Assembly: GCA_043803105.1 (NCBI GenBank)
Contig: JAZDKJ010000006.1
Location: 160,001-224,000, forward strand
Reading direction: 5' to 3'
Source: Candidatus Woesearchaeota archaeon
GTDB taxonomy: Archaea > Nanobdellota > Nanobdellia > Woesearchaeales > JAZDKJ01
DNA length: 64,000 nucleotides
In this document: positions 56,316-64,000 of the stretch, one piece after another
Position numbering within the stretch: the first letter of the stretch is position 1
Layout of the letters: each line of letters begins with the position of its first letter
Notes under the pieces: model-generated
Seen by the model: the letters and a program-made list of their open reading frames with translations, nothing else
Databases searched by the model: none
What the model was told of the DNA's origin: nothing
Position numbers and translations under genes: made by a program

Positions 56316-56522
56316 ATGGCATCTGTGGAAAAGGGGGTAACAATGGGGCCAAAATCAACTGTTGCATCCTGGAAAGGATTGGACACTGAAGGTGATGCTG
56401 TAGGCATTGTCTTGGACGAGCCAGTGATATGCGGTATGTGTATGGCTGAAATGCTTGAGATCAAGAGTCACTTCTTCGAGTGCCCTCACTGCGGCAACAC
56501 ATATACTAAACTGGAAGAATAA
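56316..56522 (+). CDS. Small zinc-ribbon protein
   Basis: CGMC...FECPHCG. Confidence 0.6.
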   Translation: MASVEKGVTMGPKSTVASWKGLDTEGDAVGIVLDEPVICGMCMAEMLEIKSHFFECPHCGNTYTKLEE

Positions 56523-56650
56523 GGATTTTCTAGAGGATAATTAGAGGTAACAATATTTCGGGCGGCTGATTTAGCGCACCCAAAAAGATAACTTTATATA
56601 GCAGTATATGCATCTGTATACAAAAATTTTTAGGAAAACAGGTGATTTTC

Positions 56651-56797
56651 ATGCCAAAAGGACGATGTATGCATTGTAAGAAGGAAGTAGAGATCAAGGA
56701 TTCAAAAGAAGTTATCATGAAGAATGGTATGAAGGCAGCTAAGGGCCTCTGTCCAACCTGCGGAACAAAGGTCTTCAGGATCATAGGGAAAGCTTAA
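56651..56797 (+). CDS. DUF5679/Cren7-like small basic zinc-ribbon protein (not in ORF track)
   Basis: Hand translation: MPKGRCMHCKKEVEIKDSKEVIMKNGMKAAKGLCPTCGTKVFRIIGKA. GGTGA RBS. Confidence 0.8.
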   Translation: MPKGRCMHCKKEVEIKDSKEVIMKNGMKAAKGLCPTCGTKVFRIIGKA

Positions 56798-56811
56798 TTC
56801 CCTTTTTTTTC

Positions 56812-57447
56812 TTAGAAGTTAAGGAAACCCATTGTCTTTGACAGTTCTTCTTTTTTGATTACCATTATCGTGTCTGTCCAGCAGGATATTGTCTCGATTA
56901 TGTTCACATTGTTTTCCCCGAACAGTGTGTAAATGTAGGCCATCACTCCAGGCACTTGCTCCAACCTTGCAGGGCTCTTCATCATTATTTCTACAAGCCC
57001 TGTGCTGACCTTGATGATGTTCTGGCCAAAGATTCTCTTGACAAGCCCTAGGAAATCCTCGGTCACTATTATCGTAACAGCATTTGCCCCCTTCATTATG
57101 TGGACTGTCTCGTTGGATTCATCTGCCTCTTTTTGCAGGTTAAGCAGGCCCTGATACTTGACATCAGGTTCAAGTATGACAACAGCTATCTTGTCCCTTA
57201 TTGAGAGTTTGGTTCCCTTGAGCAGGCTGATGATGTCCGTCGATTGGGCCTGCCCCTTGGTTTTATTGTAGTATCTCCTGCAGGCTATCAGAACAGCATC
57301 CTTGCTTTTCATTCCAGTCTCTTGTAGAATCTTTCTTGATAGTTTTGAATAGTTTACCAGGTTTGCTCTGATTGCCTGCCTTATGGTAGGATGGTTGTTG
57401 ATATACGCCTCTGTTACCCTGGTTATGTTTGTCATTTGATTCATCAA
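56812..57447 (-). CDS. ACT-domain amino-acid-responsive regulator-like protein
   Basis: N-terminal NYSKLSR.I helix and C-terminal ACT (PGV.A......NVNIIE.ISCWTD). Confidence 0.8.
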   Translation of the reverse strand: MMNQMTNITRVTEAYINNHPTIRQAIRANLVNYSKLSRKILQETGMKSKDAVLIACRRYYNKTKGQAQSTDIISLLKGTKLSIRDKIAVVILEPDVKYQGLLNLQKEADESNETVHIMKGANAVTIIVTEDFLGLVKRIFGQNIIKVSTGLVEIMMKSPARLEQVPGVMAYIYTLFGENNVNIIETISCWTDTIMVIKKEELSKTMGFLNF

Positions 57448-57544
57448 TAAACCCTTGTTTATAAATGTTTCTTTTGGGACAATTTTGTCTTTTTTGTCCT
57501 GATATGGTCGGTACCTTTTTAAATTCAGAAATCACTTTTCTCTC

Positions 57545-58027
57545 ATGCTGGAAAAACTCTTAAAGACTGACTGTAGGTATGTGCTCGAATTCCATAGCGA
57601 CTTCTCTGATATAGACACTGAAAAACTTGGACTACTTATCAAAGTCGCCTTTGGAACCAGCCTCGTTAAAGGTTACTTCGCGCAAGAACCAATAAAAGTA
57701 GTTTTGCTCGAGAGCTTTCATCGTGCTGCTGCTATTATCCTACCTTACCAGGGCTGGGATTATCTCGATAAGTTTGTGGTTCATCCTCTTCTTCAGACTA
57801 ATGGTGTTGGTAGTGAAATCTTTCACCAGGTCATGGCTGTTGACAAGGTATTTTGGCGAGTGGATCAAAGAAAGCCTTGCCTTCAGTGGTATTTTGATAA
57901 GGTTCCACAGTATGACCTCCATTCTGCCTCTGCGGGTAAGTGGATACTTTTTTGGAAAGGCCAATCCTCTGCACCCACCGTGTTGGAATACGCTGAGCAC
58001 AAGAGGGAAACATTGGAGGAGGTCTAA
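57545..58027 (+). CDS. N-acetyltransferase, NAGS NAT-domain-like
   Basis: YLDKFVV...Q.NGVG, VFWR, WYF, W.LFW. Upstream of argG. Confidence 0.75.
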   Translation: MLEKLLKTDCRYVLEFHSDFSDIDTEKLGLLIKVAFGTSLVKGYFAQEPIKVVLLESFHRAAAIILPYQGWDYLDKFVVHPLLQTNGVGSEIFHQVMAVDKVFWRVDQRKPCLQWYFDKVPQYDLHSASAGKWILFWKGQSSAPTVLEYAEHKRETLEEV

Positions 58028-59248
58028 ATGGAAAAGGTGATTTTGGCTTATAGCGGTGGTCTTGACACCTCAGTCATACTCAAGTGGCTTTTGGACAAGG
58101 GCTATGAGGTTGTCTGCTTCATTGCAGACGTTGGCCAGGATGATGATTTTCAAAAGGCAAAAGACAAGGCTTTGAAGATTGGCGCAAGCAAGGTCTACAT
58201 CCAGGACCTAAAAAAAGAATTTGTCGAAAAATACATTTTCCAGGCCTTGAAGGCTGATGCAATTTATGAGGGCAAGTATCTTTTGGGAACTTCGCTTGCA
58301 AGGCCTTTGATTGCCAAAAAGCAGATTGAGCTGGCAAAGCTTGAGAAAACCCATACAGTTGCTCACGGTGCAACAGGCAAGGGCAACGACCAGGTGCGTT
58401 TCGAGCTTGCCTACATGACCTTGATGCCTAATGTCAAGATAATCAGCCCATGGAAAGACCATGAGTTCTTGTCCAAGTTTAAGGGAAGGACTGACATGAT
58501 CAAGTTCGCAAAAGAGAAAGGTATTCCTGTCAGCTCAACAATGGAAAAGCCTTATAGCATGGATGATAATCTCATGCACATAAGCTATGAGGCAGGCCAA
58601 TTGGAGGATCCTGGCTTCGAGCCGAAAGAGGATATGTTCAAGAGGACAGTCTCACCAAAAGATGCTCCAGATAAGGAAACAAAGATAGTGATAGAATTCA
58701 AGGCTGGCGTTCCAGTCAAACTGACCAATCTCTCAGCAAACAAGTCAGTTTCAGGCCCGCTTGAGCTGGTTCAGTACTTAAACGAGCTTGGCTCAAGGAA
58801 TGCGATCGGTCGCATTGACCTGGTCGAGAATCGTTTTGTAGGAATGAAATCACGTGGTGTCTACGAGACTCCTGCAGGTACGATCCTGCATAAGGCGCAC
58901 CTTGACATTGAAGGCCTGGTTTTAGACAGGGAGGTCTTTCATTTGAAGGAGATGCTCATGCCTCGCATAGCCTCCCTTATCTACAACGGTTTCTGGTTCA
59001 GCCCTGAGATGGATTTTCTTATGGCTGCTATTGACAAGAGCCAGGAGAATGTTGAGGGCAAGGTCTTCATGACTTTGTACAAGGGCAACGCTTTTGTTAC
59101 AAGCCGTAAGTCAAAGAAGTCTCTTTATGATGAGGATATTGCAAGCATGGACAAGCTTGGAAACTACGACCAGACTGATGCAACAGGTTTTATCAGGCTT
59201 AATGCCTTGCGCTTGAAGCTAGGGAAAAATGAAGCTATGGCTAGATAA
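58028..59248 (+). CDS. argG: Argininosuccinate synthase
   Basis: [40 protein letters not shown]. Confidence 0.98.
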   Translation: MEKVILAYSGGLDTSVILKWLLDKGYEVVCFIADVGQDDDFQKAKDKALKIGASKVYIQDLKKEFVEKYIFQALKADAIYEGKYLLGTSLARPLIAKKQIELAKLEKTHTVAHGATGKGNDQVRFELAYMTLMPNVKIISPWKDHEFLSKFKGRTDMIKFAKEKGIPVSSTMEKPYSMDDNLMHISYEAGQLEDPGFEPKEDMFKRTVSPKDAPDKETKIVIEFKAGVPVKLTNLSANKSVSGPLELVQYLNELGSRNAIGRIDLVENRFVGMKSRGVYETPAGTILHKAHLDIEGLVLDREVFHLKEMLMPRIASLIYNGFWFSPEMDFLMAAIDKSQENVEGKVFMTLYKGNAFVTSRKSKKSLYDEDIASMDKLGNYDQTDATGFIRLNALRLKLGKNEAMAR

Positions 59249-60404
59249 GGATTTGGACAAGGAAGTGGAGAAATTCACTGTTGGCAATGATTATCTGCTA
59301 GATGCTAGGCTCTTGAATTATGACTGCATTGCTTCAATTGCTCACGCAAAGATGCTGCATAAAATAGGTGCGCTTTCAGGAAAAGAGTCTAAGTCAATCG
59401 TTAAAGTACTCATTGATATACAGCACGATAAGTCTTTCAAAATATCTCCTGAGGATGAAGACTGCCATACTGCAATTGAGAATTATCTTGTGACAAGGCT
59501 CGGCTCTGTTGGAAAAAAGATTCATCTTGTAAGGTCAAGGAACGACCAGGTCCTAACAGCCCTGCGCTTGTATGAGAAAGACGAGTTAAAGCAAATCAAA
59601 AGCATGTTATTTGGCTACAAGAAATCCTTGAACAATGTGGTTTCCCGTTATGGTACAGTAAGGCTTCCCGGATTCACTCATACCAGAAAAGCAATGCCCA
59701 CCACAATCGCTGTCTGGTTTGGTTCTTTTGCGGATTCGCTCAATGACAACATCCTTTTGCTTGCTACTGCAAGCAAATTGATAGACCAATCTCCTCTCGG
59801 AAGCGCAGCAGGCTTTGGGGTGCCAATATTCAAGATAGACCGCAAGTTCTCCTCAAAGCTAATGCATTTCTCAAAGGTCATGGAAAATCCGATGTACTGC
59901 CAGTTGAGCCGTGGCAAGTTTGAGTCCACGATAATCCACGTCTGCTCGCAGATAATGTTTGACTTGAACAAGCTCGCCTCAGACATTATCCTTTTCAGCA
60001 TGCCCGAGTTTGGCTTTTTTGCCCTGCCTAAAAACATGTGCACAGGCAGCTCAATCATGCCTCAGAAAGAGAACCCTGACCTGCTTGAGTTGGTTCGGGC
60101 AAAGTATTATTTTGTTCTGGGAGAAGAGTTCAAAGTTCAGAGTATTGCATCCAGCTTGATATCAGGTTATAATCGTGACTTGCAGCTCACAAAAGAACCC
60201 TTGTTCGTCTCAATTGATACAACTAAGGATTGCCTTAACATAATGTCTGCGCTATTGAACAATCTTTCAGTTGACAAGGCAAAATGTAAAAAAGCTCTAA
60301 CCAGAAAGGTTTATGCGACAGAGCATGCCTTTGCTCTTGTAAAGAAAGGTGTGCCTTTCAGGGATGCTTATAATATCATTGCCCAAAAGTTGAAAAGACC
60401 TTAA
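59229..60404 (+). CDS. argH: Argininosuccinate lyase
   Basis: [39 protein letters not shown]. Confidence 0.96.
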   Translation: MKLWLDKDLDKEVEKFTVGNDYLLDARLLNYDCIASIAHAKMLHKIGALSGKESKSIVKVLIDIQHDKSFKISPEDEDCHTAIENYLVTRLGSVGKKIHLVRSRNDQVLTALRLYEKDELKQIKSMLFGYKKSLNNVVSRYGTVRLPGFTHTRKAMPTTIAVWFGSFADSLNDNILLLATASKLIDQSPLGSAAGFGVPIFKIDRKFSSKLMHFSKVMENPMYCQLSRGKFESTIIHVCSQIMFDLNKLASDIILFSMPEFGFFALPKNMCTGSSIMPQKENPDLLELVRAKYYFVLGEEFKVQSIASSLISGYNRDLQLTKEPLFVSIDTTKDCLNIMSALLNNLSVDKAKCKKALTRKVYATEHAFALVKKGVPFRDAYNIIAQKLKRP

Positions 60405-60425
60405 GTCCGCTTCAGCAATTGTTAA

Positions 60426-60917
60426 TCAGCCTTTGCCTTCCAATGCTTGCCTACCCGCAATTTCAGGGTTGGCAAGGAACTCTTCTCTCTTGATGTCAGC
60501 TATTATGTAGTAGAGCTGTTTCTGCCTCAACTCAAACTTCTCCTCTAGTTTTTCTATGAAGTCCTCCATGTCCTTCACATGCCTGAATACTCCTTCTATT
60601 AGGAAATCATAGCCGCTGTTCACTCTGTAAAGCGAATTTACGTTTTGCTCTTTCACCAGGTGTGCCTGCAGCTCCTCCCTTTTTTCCCTGTCCACCTTCA
60701 CAAGCATGTGGATCCTTGTGTTGAATCCTAGCTTGCTGAAGTCAACAATCGAGGTATGCTTCTGTATCAGGCTTGCCTCTTGCTGCTTCAGTTTGTCATA
60801 GAGCGTCGACACCGGTATCTTTGTGAGCCTGCTCATTGAAGTGAGCGTTTCCCTGCTGTTCTTGCGCAAGTGCGTTATAATCAATAGATCCTTGTCAAGC
60901 ATTGTATCACCATGCAA
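60426..60917 (-). CDS. Lrp/AsnC family regulator
   Basis: LRKNSRE.LT.MS....IPVST, DFSKLG, G.DF. Confidence 0.85.
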   Translation of the reverse strand: MHGDTMLDKDLLIITHLRKNSRETLTSMSRLTKIPVSTLYDKLKQQEASLIQKHTSIVDFSKLGFNTRIHMLVKVDREKREELQAHLVKEQNVNSLYRVNSGYDFLIEGVFRHVKDMEDFIEKLEEKFELRQKQLYYIIADIKREEFLANPEIAGRQALEGKG

Positions 60918-61049
60918 TGCGGTGGCTATTCAGGTTAAAAACACTTACTATGCTTTTGAAGGAAAATTTTCAGTTTCTGCGTAAGAAACGGAAAAGAGTT
61001 CTTTTCCCCAGTGCTGGTCCAAAAACCGGCTAAACCGTGCGTACCAAAT

Positions 61050-61180
61050 TGAGCCTGCCGGGATTCGAACCCGGGTCTGAGGCTTTCTGCATCTCTTCCG
61101 CAAGCCCCCATTCTATTTGCCTACCGGCAAATCCCTGCAAATCCGTGGGATTTGAGGTTTCCAGGCTATACTACAGGCCC
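61050..61180 (-). tRNA. tRNA-Arg(GCG) with D-loop intron (~61116-61159) and canonical-position intron (~61085-61097)
   Basis: Spliced sequence: GGGCCTGTAGTATAGCCTGGATAGAATGGGGGCTTGCGGAGCCTCAGACCCGGGTTCGAATCCCGGCAGGCTCA. Confidence 0.8.
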
Positions 61181-61216
61181 ACTATATTGTATGTGTATTG
61201 TTGGGGCTGGAGTGAC

Positions 61217-61251
61217 CACAGAACTGTGTTCTGTGAGTATACTACAGGCCC
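61217..61251 (-). repeat. Duplicate of tRNA-Arg 5' end plus hairpin
   Basis: 61238-61251 equals the first 14 nt of the tRNA. Adjacent hairpin CACAGAAC-tgt-GTTCTGTG. Confidence 0.7.
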
Positions 61252-61297
61252 TAAGACTATGAGGGTTAGTTAGTTTGTTTATAAAGTTTTAGAACTC

Positions 61298-62251
61298 CTA
61301 CAGCCTTTCAAACCTGTAGTCTATCCTTTTCCTGCTCCGTTCTGCTATGTCCCTCACTCTTTCTATTCCTGTCTCTTTCATGCTGTCTATTCTTTTTTTG
61401 ATTAATGGCATATGGTACTTCAATGATGGCTTGAGGCTCACCTCATAGCGTAGCTGCATTGTTGGCTTGATGTACCTAAGGTGCCTCCGTAGCATTCTTG
61501 AGCCGCTCGGTACCTGCTTTATGTATCCTATTTCTTTTCCTACGACAAAGTTCTCTCCGTTGCGTATGTTTTCTATGAATCCCTTTACACTGTTTGCCTT
61601 GCTGTACGTTAACACTTTTCCGAGCTGGAACAATGAATGCCCGTCGCTTCCTCCTGTGAACCCCTTTCCAAGCTCTTCTGCCCATTCAAGTGCTTTCCAG
61701 TTCATCCTGTTCCTGCTGACTCCATTGATGACCTCGATGGCATTGATGGCTGAGAGCACATTCTTGTCTACATAGCCCCTGCTTATGTTCTTGTATATGC
61801 CCATGAATCCCCTCATGAACGGGTGGGCTGCACACACCAGGCAGTCGAAGTTCTCCGCCTCTTTCATGATGTCCTGTATCTTTACCTGCGTGATACTGTA
61901 AGGGTCCTTGTTCTTGAACTGTTCCACTCCGTTGTAATAAAATGCTTTAAGGTCTGCAATGTTTTGGAAGTAGAAAAGCAGATGGCATCTTTCCAGGCAA
62001 GAAACCTCAATTCCAGGTATGAGCATCTGGCCTTCTTTCAGTTTTGCTGCCTCAAGCACTCCCTTGATTTCATTGTGGTCTGTTATCGCAATGCCTATGC
62101 CAAGCCTTTGCGCTTTCTTCAGTATCTTGTCGATTTTTGTATAGGTGTCAGAGTACTGAGTATGAAAATGCATGTCCACCGCTTTCATTCCTGCATCCCT
62201 GACCTGCTCTAAGTCAGGCTTTTTGAAGTCCACTCTTGCTCTCAATAGCAT
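61298..62251 (-). CDS. PHP-domain metal-dependent phosphoesterase
   Basis: DMHFHT.YSD, AITDHN, GIEVS, AAHP, GGSDGH. Confidence 0.92.
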   Translation of the reverse strand: MLLRARVDFKKPDLEQVRDAGMKAVDMHFHTQYSDTYTKIDKILKKAQRLGIGIAITDHNEIKGVLEAAKLKEGQMLIPGIEVSCLERCHLLFYFQNIADLKAFYYNGVEQFKNKDPYSITQVKIQDIMKEAENFDCLVCAAHPFMRGFMGIYKNISRGYVDKNVLSAINAIEVINGVSRNRMNWKALEWAEELGKGFTGGSDGHSLFQLGKVLTYSKANSVKGFIENIRNGENFVVGKEIGYIKQVPSGSRMLRRHLRYIKPTMQLRYEVSLKPSLKYHMPLIKKRIDSMKETGIERVRDIAERSRKRIDYRFERL

Positions 62252-62317
62252 GTTTATGCCTCCAAATTCCGAACTTTATAAATGTTGCACCACGGTTGCA
62301 CCTCTTAAGATGCGGGT

Positions 62318-63232
62318 ATGAAAATTCATGAGCCGTTCCAACAAGCCCCAAAAGCGAAATATTTATATAATGTTCTTCAGACGGGGATACTAAAAAAAGA
62401 AGGTGATGATGACTTGTCCACAGATGTTATCCAAAAGAAGGGAGACATAAAAAGAATCAAGACTTATATTAGTGGTCTTGATCAGACAATGGAGGGAGGC
62501 ATCCCTGAGAATCATATTGTTCTGATCTGCGGTTCTTCTGGCACGATGAAGTCTTCCATCTGTTTTAACCTTGTCTACAACGAGGCTCTGGCTGGAAAGG
62601 TCGGACTATATTTTTCTCTTGAGCAGGGCTATTCATCGCTCTTGAATCACCTTATCAATATGGGTTATGACTTTTCCAAGGTGGAGATCATAGTTGTAGG
62701 CTCGAACATCGAGGATATCAAGAAGAAGTTGAAGACTCTCAAGGACTCAGGCAAGGGAGGGGTCATAATCTCTGACCTTGGTGACCTGCGAAAGGAGATT
62801 AAGGACAGCAAAATGGGTGCCAGCGGTGATTGGTGGGTTTTTATACGCAATGTCTTGAGTAGCATCAAAAAGGAGATCGACTTCAAGATCCTTGTGTTGG
62901 ATTCACTCGATGCCTTGTATGTTCTCTCCAATTTTGAGGAGGCGCGAAACAAGCTCTTTTACCTCTTTGAGTATTTACGCGACCTGAACGTTACATCCTT
63001 CCTGATTTCTGAGATGCCCCTTGATGGCCATAGGTATGGCCGCTTTGAAGTAGAGGATTACCTTGCTGATGGTATCATCATGCTCAGGCTTGTGGAGCGT
63101 TATCGCAAGGTTACCAGGGAAATTTCTGTTGTTAAGATGAGGACTACCAACTGCAACATTGATGTCTTTACCCTTGTCTATGACGGACGTATTTTCAAGG
63201 CAGAATATGGGGGAAAGCCTCCCCTTATCTGA
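62318..63232 (+). CDS. KaiC/RAD55-like RecA-superfamily ATPase (start uncertain)
   Basis: I.GLD..M.GGIP, G.SGTMKS, LVLDSL, YLADGII.L, VVKMR.T. Confidence 0.9.
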   Translation: MKIHEPFQQAPKAKYLYNVLQTGILKKEGDDDLSTDVIQKKGDIKRIKTYISGLDQTMEGGIPENHIVLICGSSGTMKSSICFNLVYNEALAGKVGLYFSLEQGYSSLLNHLINMGYDFSKVEIIVVGSNIEDIKKKLKTLKDSGKGGVIISDLGDLRKEIKDSKMGASGDWWVFIRNVLSSIKKEIDFKILVLDSLDALYVLSNFEEARNKLFYLFEYLRDLNVTSFLISEMPLDGHRYGRFEVEDYLADGIIMLRLVERYRKVTREISVVKMRTTNCNIDVFTLVYDGRIFKAEYGGKPPLI

Positions 63233-63234
63233 AC

Positions 63235-64000
63235 ATGTCAGTCATTACTGCAATCAATCAGTTGCATGAGCTGAATAGCTCTCTTTCAAAGATCTGGCAG
63301 TTTGAGGTGGGCTCTCCCATATATTCTGACATTGCGGTTGGGGACATTAATGCCGATGGCAAGATGGAGATTGTCTTCAAGAGCAATGATGAGGAGCTTC
63401 ACGTTATTTCTTCTGACGGCTCTAAGCTCTGGAGTTTTCACCTGGATGACGGCACTGAGCTCGAGCGCCTTTTCCTTGACAAGGACAGCGTCCGTGTTGT
63501 CTGTTCAAGCCCTGTTCTTGCAGACATCAATGATGACGGACGGCTTGAGATAATCATTGGGAGCACCAACGGTAGGTTGTATTGCATCGACTCTGCTGGC
63601 AGGAAGTTATGGGAATTTAAGACCAATGACTCGATAAACTCAACACCCCTTGTGGCAGACATAAACAATGATTCCATCCCTGAGATAGTCTTTGGCTCAA
63701 ATGACCACCTCTTGTATGCCCTGGATTCCAAAGGTCGGCAGCTCTGGACTTTTGAAGCTGGCCTCGAGATTGAGTCCGGTGTTGCCCTTGCTGAATTTGC
63801 AGGCAAGCCTTCAATTCTTTTTGGCTCAAATGACAACCATGTTTACGCTCTCTCTGCAAATGGTGAACTTGTGTGGAAGTTTCAGACCCAAGGTCCTGTC
63901 TGCGCAACACCAATGGTCGGTGACCTTCATGGCGATGGCCAGAAAAAGGTTGTTGTTGGTTCACAGGACGGGCTTGTTTACGTGTTGAAGCACACTGGCC
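63235..64000 (+). CDS. FG-GAP/PQQ-like beta-propeller repeat protein, 3'-truncated by window end (not in ORF track)
   Basis: Hand translation shows GDINADGKMEIV, ADINDDGRLEIIIGS, ADINND..PEIVFGS and W.F repeats. Confidence 0.8.
   Translation, partial: MSVITAINQLHELNSSLSKIWQFEVGSPIYSDIAVGDINADGKMEIVFKSNDEELHVISSDGSKLWSFHLDDGTELERLFLDKDSVRVVCSSPVLADINDDGRLEIIIGSTNGRLYCIDSAGRKLWEFKTNDSINSTPLVADINNDSIPEIVFGSNDHLLYALDSKGRQLWTFEAGLEIESGVALAEFAGKPSILFGSNDNHVYALSANGELVWKFQTQGPVCATPMVGDLHGDGQKKVVVGSQDGLVYVLKHTG

Noticed and set aside
62318-63232. KaiC circadian clock gene
   Set aside because: It is a single-domain RAD55/KaiC-like ATPase of a type common in archaea, and no kaiA or kaiB is nearby.

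Overview
This is an archaeal chromosomal segment, most likely DPANN/Woesearchaeota-like. The evidence is rps15 next to a DHH/RecJ gene, dph5, an archaeal ATP-dependent ligase, ftsZ, TrmB/Lrp regulators and multi-intron tRNAs. Five things stand out. (1) A ~20 kb plus-strand cell-surface locus (659-20128) contains six paralogous secreted, sequon-rich ~245-275 aa proteins that all end in (Y/F)YFYVEL(E/T). It also has two paralogs of a second family, several membrane-anchored Ig/Cys-rich proteins and five small DNA-binding regulators. It is a candidate undescribed surface filament or appendage system. (2) An AT-rich biosynthetic cluster (33398-40793) encodes a PEARL/short-LanB-like enzyme fused to an alpha/beta-hydrolase, two radical SAMs, an unannotated RRE-like mini-ORF, a GT2, a dNMP-kinase-like protein, CYTH and GreA. 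(3) An integrase-less tandem array of small cassettes (HEPN, MNT-HEPN, TrmB) is delimited by repeats of the tRNA-Gln(UUG) 3' end. (4) A collapsed diversity-generating retroelement (DGR) retains a VR/TR pair with adenine-specific differences. Its TR is fused in frame to a second target gene, and an RT-like stub is cut off by an IS200-type element. (5) Three tRNAs each carry two introns, mostly non-canonical and several built from hairpin repeats; two of them also have an upstream duplicate of their 5' end. All calls come from reading the sequence and ORF track by eye; no searches were run.
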